Shown: positions 16,679 through 29,000 of the stretch, piece after piece
How positions within the stretch are numbered: the stretch's first letter is position 1
Layout: each line of letters begins with the position of its first letter
Source of the DNA: a virus
Direction: 5' to 3' (one strand)
DNA length: 64,000 nt
IMG/VR virus record: IMGVR_UViG_3300048914_000195
Position numbers and translations under genes: made by a program
Notes under the pieces: model-generated
The model's database searches: none
What the model saw: the letters and a program-made list of their open reading frames with translations, nothing else
What the model was told of the DNA's origin: nothing

Positions 16679-19600
16679 ATGAACGAGGTAAAGATTTTTA
16701 CGCAAGGAGGGCTCAATTACGACACAGAGCCGCATTTAGTTCCAGCCACAGACTGGATAGATGCGGTTAATATGCGAATTGCTGCATCTGATGAACAACA
16801 GGAAGGTGCTGGTATTAATATTGAAGGGTGTGTTAGGATAGGAAACTATGGATATCATGATGGCATAAATAAATGCATCGGGACATACAAAGATGAATTC
16901 CGCAATGTGATATATGCGTTTATTTGCAATTCACTAGACTATGACGAGATTATAGAGATTTCAGTTGAAACCGGAGTGATAACACCTGTCTTCAAAAACA
17001 AGACATGGACTGGACTGGTAGATGTGCTGAAGTTATCCCCAACGAGTAAAATACATAGCGTAGATGTTATACATCGTAATGATTCAGAAGGGGACTTAAT
17101 GTTCTGGACTGATGGAGAAATGCCTCCGAGAAAAATAAACATTCTTAAATCAAAAAACTGGAATCAGCCTGGAGGATATACAAATCCCATCGTATTTGAT
17201 TACACGACAGTAATTAAAAAGCCACCACGTCCAGTATCTACTACTTGGGCATCTGATCTGGATCGTATACTTAATAACTTACGAGGAAAATTATTCCAGT
17301 TTCAGGTAAGGTTTGTATATGATGATTATGAAAAATCTGTATGGAGTAGCTGGGGTAAATACAGTTTGCCCATAACACCGTTTACGCCAAATAGGGATTC
17401 GGATCCAAGTGTAAACAATGCGATTGATGTAGTGCTGCCCACCGGAGATTCATTAGTAAAAAAAATAGAACTGGGGGTAAGGCAAAATGTGGAAAGCGTG
17501 TGGGGGGAGTTGTTTCTTGTGGATACCTTTGACAAGGTGGAGTTGTCAATTGGAGATAACACAACCTATACCTACAGATTTTATAACGATACAACAGGGG
17601 TGCTTCAATTGCCCGCAGAAACCGGACAGTTATGGGACTATGTTCCCACAAAGGCAGGTTCTCAAGCGTTGGTTAATGGCGATACAATAGCATATGGAGA
17701 CATTACAGAAGGCTTGTCATTTGATGATCCGTTAGAGGTGTACATGTCAAATCAAGACTCTGTTTTATATCCGCTACAGCCTGGCGATAACGTTAATGGA
17801 TACAAGCATTCATCTAAGTATAAATTCGGGTTGGTATATTTTGATGAGTACAATAGAACTGATGGGGTGCATAACTCTCAGCCACTGGACCCTGACAGGA
17901 GATTTGAAGTGGATACTACGCCATATATTTCAGACAGCCTTACGGATAATAATTATAATATATATATACCAAAAATAAGTGCTTCGATCTTCCATAAGCC
18001 TCCTGTATGGGCTAAAACGTTCAAATGGGTCAGGAGTTCATATTTATCTGTATTGAAGTATTTTTATTACATTATTAGGCCAATAGCCACCCCGTATCAA
18101 GATTTTATATACATACCCTTAACGAGCATGATAAACTCCATTATAGAAAATGGTAATCGTGCGATTAGTTATGAATTCACGCCAGGGGATCGTATAAGAT
18201 TTGTGAGAACGATGTATGGCAACTCAAATGGGCCAGTGCTGTCTCCTGAAAATTTAAATATTGACTTAGAAATAACTACACAAGTAACGGATCCAGAGTT
18301 TGATAATGTCATATATCAAGGGACTTTTTTAAAAGTCCGGAAGAATACATTATCAATGTCTATTAAGGACGCTCCATATTTAGTAGAGATCTATACGCCA
18401 TCAAATATTGTAAATACAGATTTATACTACGAGTTTGGTCCGGAGTATAGTATTGCGTTTCCTGGTACGCCCAGTCGGGTGCATCTAGGGCAATTACAAA
18501 CCCAAACATCTACGTTGCCGGCAAAGTTTGAATTTATTACAGATGGGGATGTGTATTACAGGAAAAGAGAGAAGATGGATCAAGTTGTGTATGGCATACA
18601 TCCTGGGCCTGGAGTAGGAGATCTTACCTTTCCTAATATACCGGTATCAGATTCGAACTATTCTGATAAGTATAAAAGCAGTGTAAATGGTAATGGGCGG
18701 GCTTATGTGGTTGATGATAATACTAAAGAGCAGCGTCTACCACAAATTATAAGATTTGGCGGCTCATACATTCAGGACACATTCATCAATAAAACCAATA
18801 ATTTTCCTAGTACAAACATAATTGACAGCTGCGACAGATCGTTTGGTGCAATAAAAAGGTTGATTGTTAGAGATAATCAGCTAAGGGTTTTTCAGGAGCT
18901 TAAATGTGGATGGATACCTATTAAACAACAGGTACTTCAAACAACAAACGGGAACCAGTTGGTTTCCCAAAGCGATAAATTATTGAATGACATCCAGTAT
19001 TACAGGGGGGATTTTGGGATTGGTAATGCTCCATGTTCGTTATCTTCTGAAAACTTTGTTGATTATTTCCATGATACTAATCGGGGCGTGATTTGCCGGC
19101 TTTCCCAAGATGGTATTACGCCTATTTCCATAACTGGAAAGATGAACAGATTCTCAATAACTGAGGACGTAAAATATAAGTACCCTGGGAATATTCCTCT
19201 GGGTAAATATCCTGTATTTGATAGCACCAGGCCAGGTTTTGCTCAGATATATGGCGTGTTTGATGTAAAAAACAATACATATATATCGGCTTACGAGGAG
19301 ATTTCAATACATGATGAGGATGGGAATAGAATAATAACAAACAATGCTAAAACATTAGCGTGGGATGAAGTCAGAAATAGGTTTATTTCTTTCTATCAGT
19401 ATTTTCCAGAGTGGATGTCATCTCTAAGGAATGATTTGGTTACATTCAAAGAAGGGGTTCCATACATACATAATCAGAAGCTGGATGGGACAAGGTGCAA
19501 CTTTTATGGGCAACAATATACATGGGGGGTAACCGTGGTGTTTAATGATAAATTCACCATAAAAAAAACGTATTTGGCCGTAGATTTAATGGCGAATGCT

Positions 19601-19882
19601 AAATTATATTGCCCATCGTTAATTACTTCGATTGTTAACCCCAATATAGTACCTACGGTGCATCAGGTATCAAATTTACTAGATGCTGATATTAGTTGGG
19701 CGGAAGGGCATTGGCACGCAGCCATACTTAGGGACTTAAATAGCCCGGGTGGAATATTGAATGGAGATCCATTAAAGGGAGGATACCTTCAGATGTCAAT
19801 AGGGTCAAGTAAACCTGAAAACTTGATATCTTTGTATTCGGCGGCAGCGTCATATATTATAAGTCAAAAAAACAATGAATGA
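16679..19882 (+). CDS. large tail protein, tubular B/nozzle position
   Basis: 1067-aa ORF. Size and position match the nozzle protein of T7-like maps. No motif proof. Confidence 0.5.
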   Translation: MNEVKIFTQGGLNYDTEPHLVPATDWIDAVNMRIAASDEQQEGAGINIEGCVRIGNYGYHDGINKCIGTYKDEFRNVIYAFICNSLDYDEIIEISVETGVITPVFKNKTWTGLVDVLKLSPTSKIHSVDVIHRNDSEGDLMFWTDGEMPPRKINILKSKNWNQPGGYTNPIVFDYTTVIKKPPRPVSTTWASDLDRILNNLRGKLFQFQVRFVYDDYEKSVWSSWGKYSLPITPFTPNRDSDPSVNNAIDVVLPTGDSLVKKIELGVRQNVESVWGELFLVDTFDKVELSIGDNTTYTYRFYNDTTGVLQLPAETGQLWDYVPTKAGSQALVNGDTIAYGDITEGLSFDDPLEVYMSNQDSVLYPLQPGDNVNGYKHSSKYKFGLVYFDEYNRTDGVHNSQPLDPDRRFEVDTTPYISDSLTDNNYNIYIPKISASIFHKPPVWAKTFKWVRSSYLSVLKYFYYIIRPIATPYQDFIYIPLTSMINSIIENGNRAISYEFTPGDRIRFVRTMYGNSNGPVLSPENLNIDLEITTQVTDPEFDNVIYQGTFLKVRKNTLSMSIKDAPYLVEIYTPSNIVNTDLYYEFGPEYSIAFPGTPSRVHLGQLQTQTSTLPAKFEFITDGDVYYRKREKMDQVVYGIHPGPGVGDLTFPNIPVSDSNYSDKYKSSVNGNGRAYVVDDNTKEQRLPQIIRFGGSYIQDTFINKTNNFPSTNIIDSCDRSFGAIKRLIVRDNQLRVFQELKCGWIPIKQQVLQTTNGNQLVSQSDKLLNDIQYYRGDFGIGNAPCSLSSENFVDYFHDTNRGVICRLSQDGITPISITGKMNRFSITEDVKYKYPGNIPLGKYPVFDSTRPGFAQIYGVFDVKNNTYISAYEEISIHDEDGNRIITNNAKTLAWDEVRNRFISFYQYFPEWMSSLRNDLVTFKEGVPYIHNQKLDGTRCNFYGQQYTWGVTVVFNDKFTIKKTYLAVDLMANAKLYCPSLITSIVNPNIVPTVHQVSNLLDADISWAEGHWHAAILRDLNSPGGILNGDPLKGGYLQMSIGSSKPENLISLYSAAASYIISQKNNE

Positions 19883-20184
19883 TGGGGTTCGGATGTACAA
19901 AATGCGGAGCATGTTGCTTAAAAGCAAAAGAAATTCTTAAGGGGCAGGTGTTCCCTTATGAATTCCTAGAGGATGGTCGGTGTGAAAAATATGATCCGTC
20001 AGTCGGTTGTACAATTTACGAAAATCGGCCAGATGTGTGTAATATAGAAAAAGGATATCTGGTATATGACCATCTTTTGCCTATGTCTAAGTCGGCTTAT
20101 TATGATATAAGCGCCTTGAACTGTAATAGATGGCAAAAAGAACTAGGGATAGACAAATCTTTAAGAGTAACTAAAACACATTAA
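19879..20184 (+). CDS. YkgJ-family Cys-cluster (CxxCxxCC) protein
   Basis: The N-terminus GCTKCGACCLKAKE, followed by further Cys residues (RCEKYDPSVGCTIYENRPDVCN), matches the zinc/iron-chelating YkgJ domain pattern. Confidence 0.7.
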   Translation: MMGFGCTKCGACCLKAKEILKGQVFPYEFLEDGRCEKYDPSVGCTIYENRPDVCNIEKGYLVYDHLLPMSKSAYYDISALNCNRWQKELGIDKSLRVTKTH

Positions 20185-20185
20185 T

Positions 20186-20827
20186 ATGCCATGGTTTGTA
20201 CCATTAATAGTTGCTGGAGCGACGGCTGCATATCAAGCAATCAAAGGCGCAAAGCAAAAACGAGAGGCTAGATCAATACAGCGGCAGGCCGATGAACAAG
20301 AGCGTGCTAATCTTGCGGATGCCCGAAGGATGGCGCTTAATGGGTTGCCGGAATCGCAATACCAAAGATCGTTGCAACAAATATATGGCCAACAGGCATT
20401 GGGGCTTTCAGCATTGCGTGATCGAAGATCGGCGTTAGCTGGCATATCGTCTCTTCAGCAGGGGACAAATGAGGCTCTGATGGATTTGAATGCAAGGGAT
20501 GCCGCTGCAAGGCGTGATGCGGAACGGATAGCGCTTAATCAGTCTAACCGTATGTCTGGGCTGACTGGAGAGCGGGCTGCTCAAACACGGTATTCAGGAG
20601 AGGCTCTAACGGGAGCTGCTATACAGAATCTCTCTAATGCAGCTATGACCTCTGCATATATATATGGTGGAGGCAATAGCTCTAATGGTACTGGCGCGGC
20701 GACTACTGGCACTACAAAGACGGGTTCTGGCATGAGTCCTAATGGATTCAACCTAAATAGTTCTTTATGGGGACCTAATGGTTATTCTGGCGTTTATAAT
20801 AGCAATCCTTATGCAAAGCCGTACTAA
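20186..20827 (+). CDS. hypothetical internal virion protein candidate (213 aa)
   Basis: Hydrophobic N-terminus, an Ala/Arg/Gln-rich helical body and a Gly/Ser/Thr/Asn-rich tail. Located in the ejection-protein block. Confidence 0.5.
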   Translation: MPWFVPLIVAGATAAYQAIKGAKQKREARSIQRQADEQERANLADARRMALNGLPESQYQRSLQQIYGQQALGLSALRDRRSALAGISSLQQGTNEALMDLNARDAAARRDAERIALNQSNRMSGLTGERAAQTRYSGEALTGAAIQNLSNAAMTSAYIYGGGNSSNGTGAATTGTTKTGSGMSPNGFNLNSSLWGPNGYSGVYNSNPYAKPY

Positions 20828-21569
20828 ATATGTCGCATTTTCTCCTGGGGATGAAAATAAAAATCCCGCTGGGTCAAGTAAGACCCCCTCTAAAATTGAT
20901 AGACCTGTCGTAGATTGGTGGAATCAATATGTAAGCTCCCCTAAATACAGGGAACGATTGGCCGGGTTTTATGCCTATCCGGATTACGTACAACGGCAAC
21001 GGGCTAGTGTTTTAAATGATCTTTCGTATAGGGAAAATACAGGGCCAGCCAGTAGATATTATTCTAATGGTAATGAAGTTGTAATGAGTGATAGTCAAGT
21101 GAAAGCCTTAAACACCACGCGCCCAGAGATTGCATCACATGAAATTGGACATAGTGTTAATGCAAATGCTAATAACAAGGCTGCAAGGTTATCATCTGAA
21201 GAAGAGAAATTTATATTGAAAAGGAATAAGGCTGCCAGTACTGATTTACAAAAACGTTATGAGAATCTTTCTAAGGAGCGAAACAAGTCAATATCGGAAC
21301 TAATGGGCGGCGAATTGCACGACATAAATCCATCCGAAAACATATCTGATGTACAGTCATTGAGATTCTTACTAAAGAAAAGGAATATATATGATGCAGG
21401 GAAGCAGGATGTGACGCCTGATATCATCAGAAAGGCGTCTTTTGACCCTGTAATTAGGAAAAGCTTTATATGGAAACGTCTTCAACAATCATTTGGAGAG
21501 AAGGAACTTACAGAAATAATGAATAAAGTCGCATCGGCCAGTTCAGTAAAAAAGCAAAACACAGTATAA
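20811..21569 (+). CDS. virion-associated zinc metallopeptidase candidate (HExxH)
   Basis: HEIGH is encoded at 21138-21152 (IASHEIGHSVNA). The track start 20778 overlaps the upstream gene by 50 nt, so the in-frame ATG 20811 (MQSRTKY...) is preferred. The start remains uncertain. Confidence 0.55.
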   Translation: MQSRTKYVAFSPGDENKNPAGSSKTPSKIDRPVVDWWNQYVSSPKYRERLAGFYAYPDYVQRQRASVLNDLSYRENTGPASRYYSNGNEVVMSDSQVKALNTTRPEIASHEIGHSVNANANNKAARLSSEEEKFILKRNKAASTDLQKRYENLSKERNKSISELMGGELHDINPSENISDVQSLRFLLKKRNIYDAGKQDVTPDIIRKASFDPVIRKSFIWKRLQQSFGEKELTEIMNKVASASSVKKQNTV

Positions 21570-21570
21570 T

Positions 21571-23010
21571 ATGGCATTAGGTAGATACGGAAGTCCGGAA
21601 GCGGTGGTGTTGGATCTTAGTGGGGTGGCTGCCATGTTTCAACAGCAGCAACAGCAACGCAAGTTGAATCAGCAGCTCGTAGATAAGCAGGTGAATGAAG
21701 ATTTGTCTAAGCTGTCTCTTGATGGGGTGCGTCCACAGGATTACCAGGTTATCAGGCAGAAGTATGACCAGTACAAAGATGCTGCTATTAATTATAAGAA
21801 AGCGCTTCGGGATCCAAGAACGAGGGATCAGGCGGAGCAGTCCTATATAAATAGTAAAACGGATTTAAGTACCGCCATTGGCCGGTCAAAATCAAGAAAA
21901 GAAACCGCAAAAGGGGTTATTGATTTCTGGGGGAAAAATAGGGATCAGATAGATGCAGATGCTTTTGCAAAAACCAAGGCTCTGATTGACGCTCCTTTGG
22001 GGAGCAAGGAATTTGATGAGGCAGATAATATAGATATCTCTAATCTGGTTTTTAAACCAGAAAAATATGACCCGAAGAAAATCGCAGATTTAGTGGGTTC
22101 CATCAAGCCTGTAGAAAACAACGTCACTACACAATTGCCAAATGGGCAATTCTCTTACTCAAAGAGTAAGGTTTTGCCGGCAGGTACCATTTCAGCTATT
22201 GTTGGTCAGGCTTATGACACCGACTATGAAAATACAAAAAAATACTACGACACTCAGTTTCAGACCCTACCCGAAGAGGATCGGGCAATATATGAAGACT
22301 ATGCGAAAAGATACATTCCCGACTTCAGCATCCAATCGCCAAAGGATTTAGCAATAGCTGAAAATATGTATGGACGGGTCGAATTGGGATTGGATAAAGG
22401 AATTAAGGGACGGGATGTTTCTCGTGCCGAGAATTTTCAAAGGGCACAACAGGCGCGACAAATTGCTGCAACAGACAGGCGGCAGGAACGGCTTATTAAG
22501 AGCCAGCAAGATAAGAAGGCGAATGGAGATTATTATGTAGTAGATGATATCGCTCAAAATTTGCGTGTTGGGAATGTTAAAAACGCACTGGCACCATTTG
22601 AGTCGTATGCAAGCCCAGGCACTCTTGTTACTTTTGTAAAGAGCGGACAAACGGACGAGGGGGTGCTTGATCGTGTATACAATGATATCCAGCGCGATGG
22701 GGTTGACTCAAAAACAAGGATGATTTCTAAGTCTATGTTTAAGAATGGGGCGGTAATAGTTGCGGTTCCTAAAGTGGATGCTGAGACAAAGGAGGTTATA
22801 AAGGGACAATATGAATATATGGCAGTGCCAAGCGGAGAGAGGAATCTTGAATCCAGAATAAATGCCATGCTTAATTATGCCAGAGGGGGTACCAATAAGC
22901 CATTACCAGATAAATTCTACAAAGGCCGTATTGAACCTACTGTAGAAGATGCCGTTACGCCAGGTTATTTAGATGACGCAGATCCAGAAACAGAAGAAGA
23001 ATCTCAATAA
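21571..23010 (+). CDS. hypothetical internal virion protein candidate (479 aa)
   Basis: Track ORF. Charged and helical, with an acidic C-terminus. Lies between the peptidase and the giant protein. Confidence 0.5.
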   Translation: MALGRYGSPEAVVLDLSGVAAMFQQQQQQRKLNQQLVDKQVNEDLSKLSLDGVRPQDYQVIRQKYDQYKDAAINYKKALRDPRTRDQAEQSYINSKTDLSTAIGRSKSRKETAKGVIDFWGKNRDQIDADAFAKTKALIDAPLGSKEFDEADNIDISNLVFKPEKYDPKKIADLVGSIKPVENNVTTQLPNGQFSYSKSKVLPAGTISAIVGQAYDTDYENTKKYYDTQFQTLPEEDRAIYEDYAKRYIPDFSIQSPKDLAIAENMYGRVELGLDKGIKGRDVSRAENFQRAQQARQIAATDRRQERLIKSQQDKKANGDYYVVDDIAQNLRVGNVKNALAPFESYASPGTLVTFVKSGQTDEGVLDRVYNDIQRDGVDSKTRMISKSMFKNGAVIVAVPKVDAETKEVIKGQYEYMAVPSGERNLESRINAMLNYARGGTNKPLPDKFYKGRIEPTVEDAVTPGYLDDADPETEEESQ

Positions 23011-23017
23011 ATTATAA

Positions 23018-26000
23018 ATGCCAGAGGACAAGCCATACATACAACGCATTTTCAATTTCATGACTTCTGCTTATGGCAGATCAGGAAAACTTGCTAAGGA
23101 TGCGTTTACTAATGATTTCGATACCTTTTATCAGAAAATCACCACTAATGGTAAATATGCCGATAAGATATATAACGCCTTGAATGATGCATATGGCCAA
23201 AAGGGTAAGGTAAAGGCAGGTTCGTTTACGTCTAATACAGACACCTTTAAAAGTAAGGTACTGGCCCCTGTTGCCCAATCGCAACCGCAGCAATTTGACG
23301 TGGCGGCTCAGATGATGGACTTCAGCAAAGTCGGACAGTTACAACCGTCCACACCAGATCCTAATACCGCGCTTGCTGAAACGGCGATTGATATTCCAAA
23401 AACATTACATAAGGGCGCTGATGGAAAGTTCAGTGAAACAAAACAGCCCGGTTTGATGCAGGATATAAGCGCATTCGATCAGCTTATAGATAAGAAGCAG
23501 CATGAAGAGCAACAGGCAGTCGCAGATTTTACCAGCAAAGCGCTTGACACAGATCCTGGCGTTGATCTTATGACTGGGCAGAAATTGCCCATGAGTGATT
23601 ACCAGGCCAGAATGCAGGAGTATAAAGACAGGGTTGAGGTTTTTGATAAGTCGCTAAGGGAGCAGCAACAGAAGGCAGATGAATTCGCCCAAACAACGGC
23701 AGGAGGATTGTATTATAGCTTTATCCGGCCGGTATACCAGACGTTCTTAAACGTAGGAAAGAATGTGACAGCCGGCACCGCCCGTTTAGCTGGCGGTATT
23801 GGAGGTTCATTAGGCATGGAGGAGTCTGAGCGCATTTTGAATAAAACCGCTGATGGCCTGGTAGATTATTTTGACTTTAACCGATTAGCTCGTGAAGGAA
23901 ATCCTACAGGATTTTTAAACATGACACCCACATATCAACAGGGCAAACTTTCTAGGGCTAATATAATTCCAAAAGCGGTAGAGGCTATTTCTAGCATGGC
24001 CACATTAATGGGAGGTGCCAGAGTATTGGGGGGTAATAGCACAGCGCTATTTACATCTTCTTTCATGTCCACCTATGAAGACTACCGAAAGACCGCAAAG
24101 AATGCAGGCTTAACTGATAATGAAGCAGATCAATTTGCCATAACTAGCGCAGGTGTTACATCTGCATTGGAAATGATTTCTCCCAACCGGGTCCTGTTAA
24201 GACCAGGAGAATTATCATCCGCAACGAAAGGAGTGTTTCGTGCAATTAAAGAAGGGGTACCTGTAAAGCAAGCGGTCAAGGGTGCATTTAAAGGTGCTAT
24301 TAAAGAAATAGGAAAAGAAAATATACAGGAGCTTTCACAGTCTGTTGGAGATCATGTAGTACGCGGGGCGACAGACCTGGCGTCAGGAGAAAATAGGTTC
24401 AATGAAAGCGGAGCATTCCCATCTTTCGATGAAGCACTTGAGACTGTTGTTTTAACAACTATAGCTACTGGAGCTATTTCTGGTCGTAGATTCTCTCGAA
24501 ATCTTAGTCCCTCTAACGTAGAGCGCAGTGCATGGGCGCAGGCCGCAGAAAGGCCGGAGATAATAGAAAGAGGGATTGAAAATGGGTTGGCCAACAACAG
24601 TATTACGGAGGAGCAAGCCGGTAAGATTAGGCAGGATGTTTCTGAATACACGCAAATATATGACGCATTAAAAAATCAGCTTGCCGAAACGAACCCAAGT
24701 GCTGATGTGAGCCGGATCGCTTTAGATGCATTTAAGTCTAAAAAAATAAAGGAACAGTCCCAGCCTATTCAAGGTATACCTGCGTTGTCAGCAGTGCAAG
24801 AGCAGACGAACCAGCAGAATAAAGAATTAGAAAATAATATCAAAGATGAACTAATTGGCGTTCCGGAAGAAGGCACAGAAGTCCCAGCTGTTGAGATAAA
24901 ACAATTGATGGACAATACCGGGGCTTCTGAAAAAACAAATTTGATATCTGAGAATGGTTATAAGACCAACAATATAAATCTTAATGAACTGTACAAGACT
25001 AATGAGCAGTTCAAAAATTATATTGACAAAAACCAGTTGAAGGAATCTAAAAACGAAGAAGGGCTTAGATCTCCAGTAATAATCAATAGCGATGGGACTA
25101 TCGTAGATGGTCTTAACCGACTGGCACAACAGTATGTTAATGGGCAGGAATCGGCACGTGCATTTATTGAAATGAGCCAGCAGCAAGAAGAGTCTCCGTT
25201 GATATATGATGAAAATAAGGGAGCGGTGTCTGTAGAAGAGGTAAATAATGAGGCGGAAAACTCTGGCGTAATTGCTCCAGTGGTAGAACCTGCATTAGAT
25301 AATAGTCCGGTAGAAAGAAATATAAAAGAGGCTAAAGTGCGTCGTCAGAAGGCCATTGATCGGCTGAAGGATTCTTGGGCGGAGTTTAATACTCGAATAA
25401 AGGAATCTCCATATCAAAGGCAGAGTTTATTTAACGCACCCGATCCTATAAAGGATAAGAAGTTTTATGCAGCGTTAGCAAATTATGTTAAAGAGGAATT
25501 GATATATCGTGTGAATCAAGTGAGGGGCTTTGCTAATAAAACAAAGGCCCAGATGAAGAGCGAGTTGATGAAAGAGCTGAAAAAGCAAAACATTGAAGGG
25601 ATAAACAAAGAAGAGTTGGATGCTGCATTTGAAAATGCGTATAATGATGCATCAAACATTCCTGGATTAATCTCTGGTAAAAACGACCGAGTATCATTTG
25701 CAAAATATATAAGAGATAGGATTCAGGTTAGGGAGACCGGCCGAAAGACCGGCACAAAGGAAGCTAGGGAAAGGGTTAGTGCAGTTAAGAAGGAAGTTAT
25801 AAATGCTCTTAAAAAAAGCGGAGTTATTATTAGCACTGCGGAGCTTAGATCAATTTCCGGGATTTTTGAAAGTTCTATAAAAGAAGGCGACACAGATGAG
25901 GCGATCAGCAAGGCGCTGGATAAGGTAGAAAGTGTTATATCCAGGTCTGAAAAAAGGATGGATCAGGAGACAACAAAGCAGCTGAATGAAGAAATCAGGA

Positions 26001-29000
26001 ACATAAAGAAGGCTACTAGAGAAGGTATTGAGGCCGGTAGGGAACAGGGCGCGGCGCAGGGCAGAAAGGCCGGGATATCCGAGGCTGCGCAAAGGATAAG
26101 TGCGGTGCGGAATGCAATTATTGATCTGGCTAAAAAAAGCGGGATAAAAATATCTATCCCACAATTACGTACGATTTCGTCTCTATTGCAGAGGGCCGCT
26201 ACCGCCAAAGACATTGATTTGGCAGTAGAAGATGCTGTGCAAAAGGCATCTGCCATCATATGGCAGCAAAAGAACGCTGGCAAGATTGCAGAGGTAAATA
26301 AGCTCATTAAAAGCCTGACAAAAATGAAGCGGGCTAAGGGGATGGTGTTGCAGGACGTGGAGTGGATAAAGCAATTAGCGTTGCCTAATCCGTCACAGGT
26401 GGAGGATATAGATGCTTATGCTGAATATCTGGAAAACTTTGTTAATACAAGAAAGGCTAATAAGCTGGTAAATGATAAGACGCGCCAGGAATTTCAGGAA
26501 TTTGTAGATAAGGAAAATAACAGAATATATGCAGAGAAGCGTGTTGCATGGCAGGCTGAACTCGATCAACTTATAGCTGATAATGTTCTGCCGGCGGATG
26601 TAACGCTAGATGAGTATCTTCAATTACTAGATGGTCAGAAAATAGAGCGCATACCTGAGCAAAAGATAAAAAAAGAAGACGCACTTAAGGATACTCTCAA
26701 GACCAGATTATCGGCCCTGAAGGCGAATGTTTTTGAGTTTAAAGAGCCGGTTGCTCAAATGGATGAAAGATCAAAATCAATAATAGATAAGCTGGGGGAA
26801 GTGGATGTCTCTCAGATGAATCGAGAGGATTTGATATTATTGAACAACATACTCAATAACATAGCCGAATATGGAACCGTAGATGGAGCAGGACTTCTGA
26901 TAAGTAATTATGAAGCAAAGAAGCAAATGTCAGAGTTGTCATCATCTGGAGCTAAGATCAGGCAGCTTCCAAGTCAGAAGGTAATTAACAAAAAGAATAT
27001 TTCTAATATAATGTCTGCCTTGTTCTATAATGACAAGGCAATTTCCCAATTCAGGGAGCGGACGTTGGGCGGAATAGAGAACAAGGTGTCTCACGTGAAA
27101 GCGCGTGCCCAGCGCGTGGTCAAGGAGTTTGTTGAACTTAATAAGAGATACAAAATAGGTGTAAAAGAAAACTCCAGGCTTTTTGCTGCTTCTTACCTGA
27201 ACCAGTATCGCGGAGTCGATAATGCGCAGATGTCAGAAAGCCTCAAGCAAAAGCTATCAGAAATGATCGATGATATCAATTATCTTTATTCAGAGGGGCA
27301 GAGGGTTAAGGGGAAGGCAGGTCGCCCAATCAGGGAAGATGCAAATAACAGAATGCAGGCATTGACTTCTCTTGGATTAGCAGATTTTACGCCTAATGGC
27401 AAGGATCTGTTGGTAGAAGTCAAAGAGCATTTTGATCAGGATAATGTGGAAAACAGAATGGAGGAAATTATGTCCAGTCTTTCCGAAGGAGAAAGGGCTG
27501 TATATGATTTCGTGCGGGAGAAATATGAAGAACAGTCTGATCCATTGGATTTTATGATGAGAACTTACCTCAATAAAGAATTCAAGAAAGAACGGAATTA
27601 TGTATCATTAGTCCCTCGTCCTAAAGCGGGAGAACAAGCGGGAAATCCTGAGATATCAGAAGAAACTGATATTACTCAGTCTCAAAAAAGAATAAATACG
27701 AAGCCGTCTTCAACAACTATTACCAGGGCGGATAAAAAATCCGATAAAATATATTATGATGGAGATTTCTTTTCAAACTTTGTAAATCGTTATTACACCT
27801 CTCTATACACAGCAAATGCGTTGCCGGAACTACAAAGAACTGCTAAACTTGTAAATAGTGAGGAGTTCAGAAAGTTTATTACCGGTAGGCTAGACGAAGG
27901 GTTTGAGGGTATTGGGGAAGCTAATGCTGGTAAATTCAAAACGAAACTAGCAGATGTAATAAATGAAGAGAAGTATTCCCCTTTTATGAAGCGCGGTAAG
28001 TCCAGTGTCGTGGATCATATGATGTCACGTGGTGTTCGATTAGTACTTGGGAATGTTTGGCAAGGACCAAAACAGTATGCACCGGCCCTTATACATAACT
28101 TGGCCATCAATAATCGTAACGCTTTAGTGTATGCGTTACGTAGCAAAGGACGTGCAATAACGGACAAGGCATATGGGGAGACTAGAAAGAAGTTTCTTGA
28201 AAACTTTACAGGAGTTCAACGGTCTTCATTGGGCTCTGAGGCATATGACAAGTACGTTAAAAGCGTTAATGAAGACCCTGCATGGTGGATGAAGCCAGGA
28301 GAACTATTGGATAATATTCAAAAGATATCCTCATTCGTGCTGGAAAGGGCAGATAAGGCGGCCCAGAATGATGCTTATATATCTAGCTATATTACGTCTC
28401 TTATAAGACAGGGAGTAATAAATAATGCAGGAGATTTTGACATGGCTGAACATGCGGAAAATCCAAATAAAGAAGCGTTGGCCTATGCAGAGCAGATGGC
28501 GTCTAATATCAATAATGAATCTGCAAAAGCCTATCGTCCAGATGCGTTGACAAAAGGAGATTATACAAAGTATTTGTGGTTGCTCCAGGGTTTTTCATTG
28601 AACGCCTACCAGAATGCGATGAATAAAGCAAAGATTGTGTTTGATAACCGTGCTACCGGTGAGGAGAAGAAGGAGGCGTTATCTCATTTCTTGGGTTATC
28701 TGGGCGAAATGGGCAGTTATCAGCTTGTCGGTAAATGGGCAAGAAATTCTCAGTTAGCCATAGCTGCTGCGTTGCTTTCAGGTATATGGGGAATAAAAGC
28801 TGATGAGGATGAGGAAAAGAACAAGAACAAAAAGGTGAAGGAGAATATTAGGACAACCGCAAATATTGCAGCGGACTTGACACTTTCCGGATTGCCTGCC
28901 CCAGTACAGGCGGCCATGAAGGCGTCGGTTAATTATGGATATAAGCAATGGGCTAAAATAGAGGTGTCGCAAAGGAAAAAGGCAGCAAAGGGGACTGGAC